Of a DNA stretch of 64,000 nt, positions 13,191 through 26,701 are shown one piece after another; within the stretch, counting starts at the first letter, position 1, and each line of letters opens with the position of its first letter. The translations under genes and the position numbers were made by a program. The notes under the pieces were generated by a model that was given only the letters and a program-made list of their open reading frames with translations, searched no databases and was not told the origin of the DNA. This DNA comes from Lama guanicoe (Eukaryota): assembly GCA_013239625.1 (NCBI GenBank), contig MU057350.1, positions 24,317,167 through 24,381,166 on the forward strand, written 5' to 3'.

Positions 13191-14487
13191 AGTGGCAGCC
13201 ACTTGCCTACAGAGCTTGCTTCATTCAAGATCTCAGTTCATCACCCACCATGGCAATCACTACCAACACCTCCATCCAATCCAGTAGATATGAATAGAAT
13301 CAGCGTGGGAAAGAGGTCATCTTATTACAGTTCATACAGCAGCAAGCATCCTTTCTTCTTGGACCTCTCCATCATCTCCTTCTGTAATATTGTCCTTCCC
13401 CAACCCTGCTAAGTCAGGGACCTGGGATCATTTCTTGCTCGAAGGGCTAAGCAGTGGGATCCTCAGAGTGTTCAGTGTTGCGAAGACGCAGGACTAAGGG
13501 CAAGAGCAGGATGGCAAAGGCAAGACAAGCAAGGATTGGGGCACAGCCTGCACCCCACCCCCCACGGTTCTCCATGGCAAATATGTAGAAAGTTCCTATG
13601 AATCGACCAGATGCCAGAAGATAGATGAATTTAAGCACTTCGTTAAATGATGAGACTCTGCAGGAAGAGTTCAAGCGGTGAGCTGCCTGCCCACAGTAGA
13701 GGCTGAATCTGGCAGGAAGACAACAAGACGGAGCCAGGTCTCCTGGGCCAGCAGGCTGTGTAGGGCAAGAATGAAGAGAGCTCTCCCATGAGCATCCTTA
13801 AGATGTAACTCTTGAGGAACTTGCCACCCAGAAGAGTGAAAGCCAGTGGGCAAGGGGAAGCAGACTACAGGGCTCTAAGGAAGCCTGAAAAGCCTCTTAC
13901 CCAAAAACTGTTGCCTTTGATGTGATAATAATGTAATTTTGGTGCAGTCTCATTGAGGAATTTGCAAATGCATAGAGTTTAAGTTGTGAAAACACGCCAG
14001 TGAAAGTGTGCTACATTAAAAAACGCCGTCATGAGAGACTGATTAAATAGAGCTTACATGTATTCTTCTTTTACAAAATTCAACTCAAAACAGTTCAACA
14101 CAGGAAATTTTAATAGTTCTCTCACAAAGCTGGATTCTCACTTGTTCTTGGGTTTTCCAAATTTTTGAAATTAGGCAAAAATATCCCTTTCAAAAATTGA
14201 CTATTTTTTAATCATATATAAGATTAACTTAAGAAGTAATAGCCAGGTCTTTGGGAAGAGCATTAGAATGGTGTTAGCCTGCCCCTACCTTTTTAACTGT
14301 GATTCTGTGGACAAGTCACTTCCTTTTGTGTAGATTATAGCCTCATGAAAGAGTTAGAATAAAGGAAATGTTCCCAATCTGTGGATTTATAAATCCTTTG
14401 AAGTCCTTTGGAGGAAGTTTCTCCTACTATCTTCTCCCTCCCATCCTGCAGGGTATCGTGGAATCCACTTGTGAACTTCTCATGGGC

Positions 14488-15010
14488 ATGTGTTAGCTTT
14501 GCCTACCTTGCATCTACCTCCCACCAACCACTGATAAGAATACCTCTGTTTTTCTGGAGAAATTATACTGTCCATACTCAGTCCTGATGCTCTGGATGGG
14601 ACTGGCCCCATTCCCTGAGTCCAGGTCTGGACACAAAGCTATCTCAATTCATCTTTTCCCAAACTGAAGTCACAGTGAGTTTGGTCCAAGGATAAACTCC
14701 TGATTCCAGTTGCCTAATCAGAGCTAAGCCAAGCACTGGCTGGAGAAACGGGAGGATGTCAGTCTCTTCCGTTTGATCTTGAACCTAGAGGATATAAGCC
14801 CGGATCTGCTAGCAACCATCCCAAAGAGAGATTCTGGGAGTTGACAAAAACCCACAGAAAAGCAGAGGCAAGAGATGGAGAAAAATAGATCTCTTAAGCC
14901 TCTGATTCCAATTAATTTGAAGAACTGTCCTTGGACCTTTCAGTTACTTGAGCACATAAATTCCCTTATTTTTATCAAGTTTTTTGTAACTGAAAGAGGT
15001 GTATCCAATA
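14488..15010 (+). mobile_element. Old MaLR LTR (MLT1K-like)
   Basis: 3' part ggacctttcagttacttgagcacataaattccctt...tgtaactgaaagag is typical of MLT1J/K. Confidence 0.6.
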
Positions 15011-16234
15011 TACGTAGTCTACAAGTTGAATAATTTATCTGCCTAATTTAGTGATATACAAATATTTTTATAATATATGTAGGTAATGAGCCAAATAAAA
15101 TATGAAAGCATAAAAATAATTTTCTACGTGTTTTTATTAGGATTTTCTCAATCAATATATAGTAAAAGTACCATTAGGAGATTCCGGCAGTCCCTTCAGG
15201 TTCTAAAACATCATGATGTTTAAAAGCTTTTGCATTATATAAATCAAGGTATAAACCTGTTCGTAAAATAATACCAGGACATTAGTCCTCAGAGATTAAT
15301 CAGTAAGCAGCTGTGTCCTTTTGCCAGGTATTGTGAAATGTGATAACTTTGAGACAATGATGTCGCATTGTTGGTTCTGCTGATTAGAGACATGGAAATA
15401 AGGTTGTGAATTCTGAGTAAGACCAAAAAAAATTAAAAATCCAAAAGATGCCTTTTGTTTTGATCCTGCTTTCGGTGCCAGTGGAGATTTCACACTGGGT
15501 AATAGAAATCACCAACGTGCTAATTAAGCCGTGTTTCTCACTTTAAGGTCTTTGTGTGCTTCCCTCAAAGTGATAACAAATGGAACATCATCATTTTCCT
15601 TAGATCTGAGATCACAAAATGTCCACGAGCTACATACGGTTGTAGTGATACAATAGCCAGCAGAAAACAGGGCTTTAAATATCACCCACTACAAAACCTG
15701 AAATATAAAACGTGAAATTTGCAGAGGCATGACTAATGGGGTGATTTCCATTTTTTCAGTAACTGAACACCAAGTCCATGAACTGTGCACATATANNNNN
15801 NNNNNNNNNNNNNNNNNNNNNNNNNNNNNNNNNNNNNNNNNNNNNNNNNNNNNNNNNNNNNNNNNNNNNNNNNNNNNNNNNNNNNNNNNNNNNNNNNNNN
15901 NNNNNNNNNNNNNNNNNNNNNNNNNNNNNNNNNNNNNNNNNNNAAGTATTTGCTATGTAGCCAGCCAAATCCAAGGTGATAGAGGAGGAAATAAGAACAT
16001 GAAACCTAAGGACCCTGTTGAGAGTAACCTGCTCACTCTGTCCCCCTCTTTTGGCCTCATCCTTCCAAACCACTGTGCGTGTGGCTCCCAGGACGGTTGA
16101 CTCAAAGCACAGTCCGACTCATTTCACTCTCCAGCTCACAAGGATTCACAAGAATCTTCAGTGGCTCAGTGAATAGTTTTCAGCTATAAGCATAGACAAC
16201 TGATATTTTTTAATGCCTTTAAAACCTCTGAGAA

Positions 16235-16388
16235 CGGGGTAGAATAAAGCTCAGTGGTAGAGTGCGTGCTTAGCATGCACGACCTACTAGGTTCAATCCC
16301 TAGTACCTCCATTAAAAATAAACAAACAAACCTAATTACCTCCCCCCTCCCCTCCAAAAGAAAAGAAAGAAAGAAGGAAAAGAAAAAG
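16235..16388 (+). mobile_element. Vic-1-type camelid SINE (tRNA-derived)
   Basis: A box agctcagtggtagag, B box ggttcaatccc, diagnostic tail aaacctaattacctcccc, A-rich end. TSD aaaacctctgagaa / aaaacctcccagaa (12 of 14 identical). Confidence 0.92.
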
Positions 16389-16744
16389 AAAACCTCCCAG
16401 AAGGAACAAAACTCAAAGTACATGCCGTACTTGGTAAAATAGGCCATTTTGTTTTTCTCATGCTGGGATACAGTTCTTTCATAAAATATAGTATGAATAT
16501 TACAAAATACCTTATATAAATGTCCAAAATCACAATATGATATACATATTTGAAAAATTATATTCAGATAATATTACATACTATGATAATTTAATACAAA
16601 TCTAGATATAATCTAATTATACGTAAGAAATCATACAAATTTCTTCTGAGAACATAATGTTGAAAGATACCTCACTTGACCCTGGTCTAGATCAACCACT
16701 ACAGCAGCTGTCTGACTTGTGCCCCTAATCCCACCCCTGCCCCC

Positions 16745-17190
16745 TGTGTTAGTCAGAGTACTCCAGAGAGACAGACCAGCAGGACACAGTAGCCGGCGTG
16801 CAGGGGTAGAGAGAGAGACTGATTTTAAGGACCTGGAGAGACTGATTTTAAGGACCTGGTTCACATGACTGTGGGGATTAGGAAGTACTAAGTCTGCAGG
16901 GCAGGCTAGAGGCCCAGGAGACAGCTGACGCTGCAGCTCAAGTCCAAAGGCAATCTGAAGGCAGAGCTTCTTCTTCAGGGAAACCTCAGCCTTTTCTCTT
17001 AATTCCTTCAACTGATTGGATGAGGCCCATCCACACATTATGGAGGGTAATCTGCTTTACTCAAAGTCTCCTGATTTAAATGTTTATTATAACTGACAAA
17101 ATACCTGCACAGCAACATCTAGATTGGTGTTTTATGAAACATCTGGCCACTGTAACCTAGTGAAGTTGACACATAAAATTAACCATCATA
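16745..17190 (-). mobile_element. MLT2-type (ERVL) solo LTR
   Basis: Ends aagttgacacataaaattaaccatca (reverse complement of the MLT2 5' end); internal actgattggatgaggccca. Confidence 0.88.
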
Positions 17191-17192
17191 CT

Positions 17193-17492
17193 AGTTATGG
17201 ACTAGATTTCAAACTACCACTACCCACCCCCCCAAATCATATGTTAAAGCTTTAACCTCCAGTGTGACTGTATTTGGACATAGAGCTTTAAGGAGGTAAT
17301 TAAGGTAAAATGAGGTCATAAGGATAGGGCCCTAATCTCATTAAACTTATAAAAGGAGGAAGAGATACCAGAGAGCTCTCTCTTTCTTCTGCACGTGCGC
17401 AGAGGAAAGACCATGTGAGGACAGCAAGAAGGCAACTATGTGAGCCAAGGCGAGAGGCCTCAGCACAAACCAACCTGCTGGTACCTTGATCT
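17193..17492 (+). mobile_element. MLT1B-like MaLR LTR, 3'-truncated
   Basis: tgtgactgtatttgga...tttaaggaggtaattaaggtaaaatgaggtcataagg. Confidence 0.85.
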
Positions 17493-17714
17493 GCGTGGGG
17501 GCCAGGCCAGGCCAAACACAGCCCAGAGGTTGTCACCTGGGTCTTCCCTCTGCCTGGGAGCTTCTCCCACATCTGCACTGTCTCCACTCTCATCTCCTCC
17601 AAGCCAATCCTCAAAAGACTCCTGCTCAGTGAGACGTGTGCTGCAGTCAGCCCTTGACCACCACCTGCTTCCCTCTGCTCCCAGCATCTCTGGTCCCCCT
17701 GCTCCTGATTTACC

Positions 17715-17895
17715 TCATCAGTCCCCTCAGGAACCCCATGAAGTATGTGCTATTATTACCCCCATTTTACAGATGAAGAAACTGAGGAAGAGATGGCTTC
17801 ATTATCTTGCCTTTGCCCATGATCTTTAAACTGGAGAGACCAGAATCTGAAGCTAGGCAGAATTCCTCTCATCCCACAACTTTAATCACTTACTT
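17715..17895 (-). mobile_element. MIR SINE
   Basis: tattattacccccattttacagatgaagaaactgagg. Confidence 0.8.
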
Positions 17896-18689
17896 AGACT
17901 GTCTCTAGCTGTTCTGGGGGGAGAAGGGAGGAGAGAAGGAAATGCCATCTTTTTCCCAGCTTTACTGAGATATAATTGATGTGTAACACTATGTAACTTT
18001 CAGATGTACAGTGTAATGCTTTGATGTGTGTATATATTACAAAATGATCACCACAGGACGTGCTGCTTTCTGAGAGGGCTATGCGTCAGGCCCAGCCTGC
18101 ACCCCCCCACACACAAGTACACACCTTTTGTACACTGTTTCATTTAATTGCCAAACAATTCTGTGAAGTCAGCATGGTTCCCTTCATATCTAAGTGGGGG
18201 CAGCTTTTTAGGAGAGATTGGGTAGCACAGCAAATAAGAGAATTGTAATCTACTCTCCAAAATCTGTATCTCCACCACCCTGTCTGACTGTGCATAGTAT
18301 AGGCATTAAATAAATCTAAACCTAGCGGGGATTTAATGGTAAGACTGCTGTAAGATTTAGGGCCTTCTCAAAGGCACAAATTAGTAGAGTTTCGGTATAT
18401 ACTTGCATATAAGCTCTGATGGACATACGCTATATAGGACTCATTCCTTTTGGTCGGGGCTAATCTTATATATGGCCTATGTATTATGAGCTGAGGGATG
18501 CTATAAAGTTTGTTATAATGCACGTAATTTCATCATTAAAAATGAATTCTTTTCAGTCATGACTTTGGTATATTCCACTCAACATTTTGAAATTGCAACA
18601 GAGAATCTTCTAGAATTCTTCCCTTTGAGACTGACAAAGATCTAGACCTACACCATAAAAGATCTAGACATAAGTATTTAAAAGTCTAA

Positions 18690-19180
18690 AGACATACTGG
18701 CTTAAGGTAAGGTTTGATTCAGCAGCTCAGATGATCTGACCAAGGACCCAGGTTCTCTCCATCTGTCTGTTCTGACTTGCATGATATTTGCTTCAGTTTC
18801 TGGATTCCCAAGGTGCCCCAAAGCTCCAGGCTCTCCTCTTGGGAATGGAACACAGTGGCCAGAATTTCAGGCTTTCTTTTCTCACACTACAAAAGAAAGA
18901 CCAAGTGTCTCCTTTAATAGCTCCAGTGGGAGGGACAGAAATCATCTTTGCAGAAACACCCGCAGACATCTTCTTGCATCTCTTTATCTCTGTTTGGGTG
19001 ACACCCCTTTCCATACACCAGTCAGGCTGCCTCAGGATGGGAGTCTGTTACTGACCTGAATTAATTAGAGCTCTCCTCTGAAGCTATGGTGGAGCCATTC
19101 TTGCCAAAATTAAATGGCTGAAATGGGGACCAACTGCTCTGAGGAAATGTGAGACAATGTCAGAAGAGGTAACATATGTC
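18690..19180 (-). mobile_element. Old MaLR LTR (MLT1J/K-like)
   Basis: ggtttgattcagcagctcagatgatctgaccaaggacccaggttctctccatct. Confidence 0.55.
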
Positions 19181-20381
19181 CACAAGGAAAAAGTAAGTTC
19201 TAAAACCATTTTAGGTTTTTAACACTTTATCAGGATATTGGTATATTCATTTGTTGCCAATCATGGCACCTCCCCGGTACAAGGAAATGAGAAGAGTGTG
19301 CAGGAGATGTTAGTCCGTGTGGGTGTTGGGACAGTGGGCACATTTCATCTCCTGCGGCAGGAAATTGGTAGAGTAAGTAAATGCAAGAAGCAGGTCAAAC
19401 TGTGAAGACGGAGCACCGTAGGTCAGCCGTGCGCATCGGGAGTTGTGAGGCTGAGCAGGAAGGCAGAAAGGTGCGTGAAAGAGAAGGAGATTTTGCCTAC
19501 TCGACTATTTTGCCTTCTCTGAGAGGCATGAGCTATAGGACAGGCAGGCTACTAAACGAGAAGAGATAGACTCTGCAAAAACAAGCACACGTTACAGAAA
19601 TTCTCAGATGGGATAATCCTCCTGAGAATTTTGTTATGTCCTAGCTAATTAGCCAAGTAGATACTTCATTTTACTCTTGAGAATCCAGTTTTCCCTAAGG
19701 GGGGAAAATAGTCAAGGTCTGCAAAAAGAGAGCCCCATACTACTGAGAGTGTTACTAAATACCAAATGCTCATCCTCCAGGGCTGGAGCCCAGCAAGGAC
19801 AAAGCAAAGACAAATTCTCTGGCTTTGGGAGCAGCCCACTCCCCTCATTCTTCCTTCCACCCACTTCCATCTAATTTTCCTGTTCCCTCCCCTTGCATTT
19901 AAGCCTAGAGATATCTCATACCGTGGGAATGCAGACCCTGGAGAGAATTCCTTTTGTTACTGCCAAAATTTACATTAGGGAGAGTCACACAGTATGATGT
20001 GGGCAGCACACAGGGGAACAAAAGCCACACCCAGTGCTCAATGTGTTACAAAAGCATCACTGTAAAAAAATAAGGAAGAGCAGACAGTGCAGAAATCCTC
20101 TTCATCTACACATGTTCCCACAGTTCAGAAAAGGGCTGACCAAAGCCATAGTGAAGACAGAATGGAGCAAGAGAAAGGAGAAGTCCAGTGATGAAAACAT
20201 AGAAAATTAAGCAGAATTAGTCAATGTGTATCCACCATATCCAAGTATCAGTGCCCTGAGGACCAAATACAATTTTTTGAACCACCATGTAGGAATACCA
20301 TTACAATACAGGTGGGTGTGTCAGGCGAAAAGGTGATGACGCCATTAGTCCTTGCCAGGCAATGACCATTTAGCCACTTTT

Positions 20382-21062
20382 TAAAAAAAATTGACATATA
20401 ATTGATTTTAAGTGTTGCTTCTTGTGTACAGCATAGTGATTTAGTTATACATGTATCTGTATGTATTTTTTTTCATATTCTTTTTCATTTTTGGTTATTA
20501 CAAGATATTGAATGTAGTTCCTTGTGCTATACAGTAGGTCCTTGTTGTTTATCTATTTTATATATAGTAGTTTCTATATGATAATCCCCAAACTCCTGAC
20601 TTATCCCCCACCTTCCCTCTCTGGTAACCATAAATTTGTGTTCCATGTCTGTGACTCTATTTCTGTTTTTTAAATAAGTTAACTTGTTTCTTTTCTTTAG
20701 ATTCCACATATAAGTGATATCATGTGATATTTGTCTTTCTCTGTCTGATTTACTTCACTTAGTATGATAGATCTCTAGGTCCATCCACATTGCTGCACAT
20801 GGCATTATTTCACTCTTTTTTGTGGCTAAGTAGTAATCCATTGTATAAATATACCACAACTTCTTTATCCAGTCATCCATTGATGGACATTTAGATTGCT
20901 TCCATGTCCTAGCTATTGTAAATAGTGCTGCTATGAACACTGGGGTGCATGAATCTTTTAAAATCAGAGAGTTCTCTGGATTGCTGGTGTGGGATTGCTG
21001 GATCATACAGTAAGTCTATTTTCAGTTTTTTAAGGAATCTCCATACTGTCCTCCATAATGGC
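20382..21062 (-). mobile_element. L1 3' end (ORF2 tail + 3'UTR), sense to GBA3
   Basis: ORF2-like peptides CTPVFIAALFTIARTWKQSKCPS and PLWRTVWRFLKKLKI. 12-bp TSD ttagccactttt (20370-20381 and 21063-21074) with a TTTT/AA site. Confidence 0.93.
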
Positions 21063-22799
21063 TTAGCCACTTTTAAACTTTTCCTATGTTTCACTTATAG
21101 CTTTCTTCTAGAAAGTGAATGTGTTGACTAATTGACACAAATATTGCATGTCCCTAACACTTATATTTCAAGTAATAAACTAATAAATTGACATTTTGGT
21201 TTATATATCCATGTCTTACAAGTTGTTACATGTGAGTCTATTCCATGAGAAACTGATACACTCTGGAAATGCTGACAACACTTAAGTTTCTGAACAAGCA
21301 AAGCTGAAGAGCATGGCTATTCTGTTCTCTAAAGGGCCTTGCTCAACTGTCTGGCTGGGCTCCCTAGATCTTATTCCTTTTGTTCATACCCTTCAAACTA
21401 CAAAGTCAACTTCATGGCAAAGGACTCGCCTCCACTTTAATTAGAAATATAAGAGAGAGTTTTGTAGGCTGAAATTTTGTGGCCAGCTTATTCAAAGTAG
21501 CCAAAAGGCAAAACACAATACAGAATTTAAGAGCCATAGGTGAGTCCTCATTTCACAAGTAATGACAAATCTCAAAGAAGTCAAATGACTTGTTTATGGT
21601 CACACATTTTGGCAAAAACAGAACCCAGGATTCTTGGTTTAAGTCTCAGATTCTTTCCATGGCAGCACAAAGATCAGAGACCATTAAAGTTACCACCGTA
21701 TCCACAAAAAGCCATGTTTCTACATCTTTTGCATTTATAGTTATTTTTAAGTGAATTAAATTTGAAAGTATAGCCAATTCCAGTCTATGCCCTCAGTGTA
21801 GAAATTTTATTGCGTTTCAAAGGTGAAATGCTCTAACTAGTTTGTAACCAAATTATAATTCCCTTACGTCCTCCATTTCCTTACTATCATGATCCTAAGA
21901 TTTCATGTAAAATGTCAATGCAGATCAAGTGAAATATTAATCTCAATAAGCTGTCAGCTTCAAGTGTGTTCTAATTCTTACATACCACACAGTAAGGTAC
22001 TGATAAACTCACAGGCTGTCAAGTGTTATTTATGTGGAAGAACTAGCATGCATCCTTCTACTGAGTAAAAAAATAATGCTGCTCACAGTATTTTCTTTTC
22101 TGTCCTGGCTGTTGGGTGACTGAGCAGTAAACACAGTGCTCGATCGCAGGAACTGTGCTAGGCTAGTGTTTTGGTAGATTCATGCATTTCACTCTAAGCC
22201 AGCTATGCTGGGCTCAAGCCACATTCAGGCAGGGCTGCCCGAGGAGAAACTATGTAGTGGTCATGAAAAGTGGACAGTCTAGTGATGGGTTGCCTATGTT
22301 GCAGGATGAGCTAACTAAATAAAAATTTAGCAAAATGAAAAAAAAAAAACCAGGGAATTAGGACACATAGTGTATCAGACTGGAGAGAGAAAATGCAGAC
22401 AATAAAATAGGATTGAAACACATGTTGGCTAGAGATCATGAAATCTAGAGCAGAAAAGAACTGGTCAGGGCGAAACTCCTGTGAATTCAGCACAAGCCCT
22501 CTGTCATCTTCCTTGTGATTATATTGACTGGCTTCCCAGGCCAGCTTAGATTCCTAAACGGTTATTTTTCTTAAGTTTTGCACTTTTGTTAGTAATCTAA
22601 CTGTGTATGTTAATGTTGTTTTAAGCCCCGTCTATTCCTATATGAAAGCAAGTAGCCCAAGTATAAAATACTCATTTAAAAAATACATGATGGTTGTAGG
22701 AGATAACTGGTAATGGTAATGCACAAACTATATGTGGATGGATTAGCAACCATCTTGCTTTATAAATATGACTCTGATCCTAACTCTGGAAAGTCATGG

Positions 22800-23250
22800 G
22801 TCTGGAGTGTTGAGAAACAGCAAGAATGAAAATGTGGCTGGAGGGGAGTGAGGCAGAGAGAGTAACAGGATATGAGGTCCAAGAGTCTGAGTAAGAAGGG
22901 GACTGTGTAGGACCCTGTCAATTGGTTAAGGATTTGCACTGTTACTCTGTGTGATGTGGAAAGCCACTGAAGAGCTCTAAGCAGAACATTATATGATCTG
23001 ACTTATCCTTTTAAAGGATAACTCTGGCTTCTGTAAGACGGAGAAATGAAAAACTAGTTAAGAGCCTGGCCCATTAATTGGTCCAGGGAAAGACGATGAT
23101 GGCTTAAACCTAGGTATCTGCAGATTTATTGGCTGAGAGGGCACCAAAAAAAAAGAGAGAGAGAGAGAGAAAGAGAAGAGGCAAAAATGACTCCATGATT
23201 TTGGGCTGAAGTCATCGGAAGCTGGGAGTTACCAATGAATGAGATGCTGT
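22800..23250 (-). mobile_element. L2 relic
   Basis: ttactctgtgtgatgtggaaagccactgaagag...atgatctgacttatccttttaaaggataactctggct. Confidence 0.7.
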
Positions 23251-24949
23251 GCCAAGATATCAGGCATGCGGAGATGAACAAGACACAGTGGCCCCGAGAA
23301 CCTACAGTCTAAACAAGGAGATGGACAAGAAAATAGATGTCAATTAAAGCAAGTTCCTTTTCTTCGACACTTACTTTGTACCAGGCACTGAACTAACCAT
23401 TCTACAAATATGACATAACTCAGTCCTTATAATGACCTCATGTGGTTGATGAGCAAACTGAAGCTCAGCAGAATGAGATGACTTGCCAAAGGCCTAAGAG
23501 CTGAAAGATGGAGAACTGGCTTGAACCCATACCTGCCTGACCTCAAACTTATCCTCTGAAGTTCTGTACTTGAGTCTAACTCTGGCTCATCTTAACCCGA
23601 GGAAATATGACAGGGAAGCTACCTGAAGAAGGCCCACGAGGACAGGGAGCAGTTTCCCTATGACAGAACGATTGCACGAGCCCTTTTAATCCACAAAACA
23701 AGAAGGATGGACTTGACGATTTCCATGGTTTCTCTCAGCTCTAAAAGCCTATAATTTTAAAACATGGTGATGCTCCTTTTCACTGAAGTGAAAGTCATTT
23801 TTATTCCTTAAGATTGAATAGCATATAACACAATTCTCTTATTTATACAAAGCTATTCCAAGCCAGGCTGAATTGAGTCTCAAGCCTTATAGTTTGCCTA
23901 TTTGGAAATAGAAAGACCATTAAGGGTGAAAGAATAGCAGAGAACACAGAAGGGTAAATGAGGAAAAGGACAAGGTACGTCAAGGAAATAAAGGTCTTGT
24001 CATAAAATCAGACAGGGAAATAAAAATGAGGTTTGGAAAATTATCATTTTCCAGAAAACTGCAGAACTTTTACATCTTTGATACCGAGACATCTTGATGG
24101 TTGACTAAAAACTTCAATAACAACCAAAAAAAAGTATCTTGCATGTTAACAGAAGCTTCAATTTTCATAGTCTTTGTTGTCGCAAAGCCTGGTTTGTAAT
24201 ATCACACCTTCAGTTTATCACAACAGCAAACTCATATGAACATACTTTCACCCGGAGAAGGCACAAATCATACTCAGCTAGAAAAGGATAATGCAATACA
24301 TCTGTGTCTGCCTTCGACATGGGATGTGTCTGTGAGATTAAAGTGGAATCTGGCCTAGATTTAAGGAATCATAAAAACAACTTTGGGTTTAATGAGGACG
24401 TAACAAGCTGCGTGTTTTCCTTCATCATCATCACTAAGTTTATGAAGGGCGTCCATGCTGTAGGCAGCTCTGTAGCAGTAGGCAGCTAGGCGGTATGTCA
24501 CTTGATTCGCTGACATGGAAGGTAAATAAAGTTACAATGAAATGATACCCAAGAGTTTGATTAGCATAAATAGGAAAGGAAAAGTTCTAAACTCTGGTTT
24601 TTAAACTGCTTCACGGAACTAGAGTGTCATTTTCCAGAGGGAGCAGCTCTCCTCCTCCCCTCCTTCACTTTATCCTCTTTTGGACACCTTCATGTGATGC
24701 CATTAATATAATTACATCTTAAAAATCTCACTTTAAGCTTTAAAAAAAATGTGTAAAACTGCACCTAAGAATACAATGAATGGACTCAATGTTAAAAAAT
24801 ATAAATAAAACTGAAGAATTTGCCCCATATTTTAAAATCATCCTTATCTCTATATACTGAGGACTGCCCGTTGAAATGATATTCAGCTACTATAATGGCT
24901 ATTGCTTTCTTAAAACACATGCTAAACATGAAAACTGCAATAGAATGTT

Positions 24950-26200
24950 CAGAGGACTTAGGTTACTTCACAGAAGAAATTCAGACAACTAATAAGTAAG
25001 TAAAACATGATCTTCTCTAAAATTAAATACATGTAAATGAAAACAACAGAAACCCACATGCAAATGTAAACATCATTTCAAATTAGCAAACTGTGTGCTG
25101 TATGTATGTGCGCGTTTTAAAGGTAATACTTACTATTGGCGAAGATGTGGCAAAGTGGGTATCCTAATAAGTATTAAGAAAAAAATTAATTTCCAGAAAT
25201 CTATTTGAAAATATATATTTAAACACTTTCTGAAGTGCATACTTTTTGACTCCGTAATTTTCCATCTAGAACTATATTCTAAGGACATAAACAGAAGCTG
25301 GATCAAAAACTTATTTTCCAGTGATTTGTCATGATTTTATGTAACCTGTCGATGTGTGCACAAGCACCCAACTCTCCCAATTTCCATGTTCCATAAACAT
25401 TTCAAAATATACAATAGGTAAAACCTGCATTAATTCTGGAAACCATAAAAGATTTGCTCCATTTGCCCAAAAATGTATGGTTTCTGGTTTGTCTGCTGGA
25501 GAGAGGGCAGATGGCTCTAGTCTGAAGGAAGAGCAGAGGGCAGGTTAGTGTGGGGAGGAAGTCAGTATGGGGTCCCCCTCTGCAAGATGGACACTGCCAG
25601 CAGGAAGACCAAAGGCTGGATTCCACCTAAACAAGGAGGAAAACAATTAGACCCTTGAAAAGGTATTGCCTCTCATAAGAATAGAACTACTCCTGAAAAC
25701 TATAGAAAACACTTCACTCTAAAAGAGACTTAGTGCAAGAAAAGTATGCATGTTTAAACAACGTCTGTCCTTTTGTCTGAAAAACATATGAGGATTTATT
25801 GTATCTGTGAAACTAAAGTAAGTAGTCATGAGATCAGAAAAGAACACATGGAGAAAATAAGTTGCTGAACCAAAAATCGCCATGGGACATCAGATAACCA
25901 GGCACTGCTAAAAATCAAATTAGTAAGGTGGAAGACACAACTGGAAATCTCCCCAAATCTCACAGAAGGGCAAGAAAATTTAACTCTAAGAGAAAAAATA
26001 AAAGACATGGAGAACAGATTCAGAAACGCTGATAGTCTGTAAACATGAGAATATCAGTTAGAGGCCATGCTACAGATGAGACGGACCTAATTATTAAAGA
26101 TACAATACCATAAAATTTTTATGAGCTTAAGGAAAACCTGAAACTATAGTTGCAAGCAGCTTATTGGAAGGTTACGTTAATGAGGAGACAGGAATCCTGG
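24950..26200 (+). mobile_element. Highly decayed L1ME ORF2 tail (about 24950-25440) and HAL1/L1 ORF1-like remnant (about 25780-26200)
   Basis: A-rich degenerate L1 motifs, e.g. actttttgactccgtaattttccatctagaactatattctaagga and agagaaaaaataaaagacatggagaacagattcagaa. Confidence 0.5.
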
Positions 26201-26701
26201 GTTTCATATCTCAAAGAATAAAGGGCTACTCTCATAAGCATCATGTGGATGCTGAATCACCCACAAAGGAACACAAATCAGTTTACAAACGTCACTTCCA
26301 CAACGGTAACATCCAGAAGAAAATGGATCAATCTCTTAGTTCAAAAAAGAAGAGGAGGGGGAGGAGGGGGAGGAAGAGGAAGAGAAGTTTTAGATGCATA
26401 CAAGTTGCTACTCACACCCAAGGGCAAACAAAATGCACCTCAAACAGTACATTTCAGAAGTGCTATGAAAACATGAAACCTGCATAAAACTCTTCCTGAA
26501 GCATTTTTCGAAAAGATTATACCATCTCACAACAATTCAGCATAAATGAGAACATTGGTCTGAAGTGTCTCTTAGAAACTAGGTCTCTTTCAATTCTCAG
26601 ATCCACAGAGAGTCTATGTTCTACACAAACGATGCACCACAAATAATAACATGGAAGTTTTTAGAGGTCTTTTTAATATTAGGAGATCAAAGCCCTTAAG
26701 T

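Noticed and set aside
16235-16310. tRNA-Ala-like genes (also near 57986 and 60723)
   Set aside because: They are SINE heads with a shared non-tRNA tail and A-rich end, two with TSDs, and degenerate stems.
26164-26487. 107-aa ORF with a basic NLS-like run (KKKRRGRRGRKRKR)
   Set aside because: The run comes from a short purine repeat; non-ATG start and no recognisable homology.
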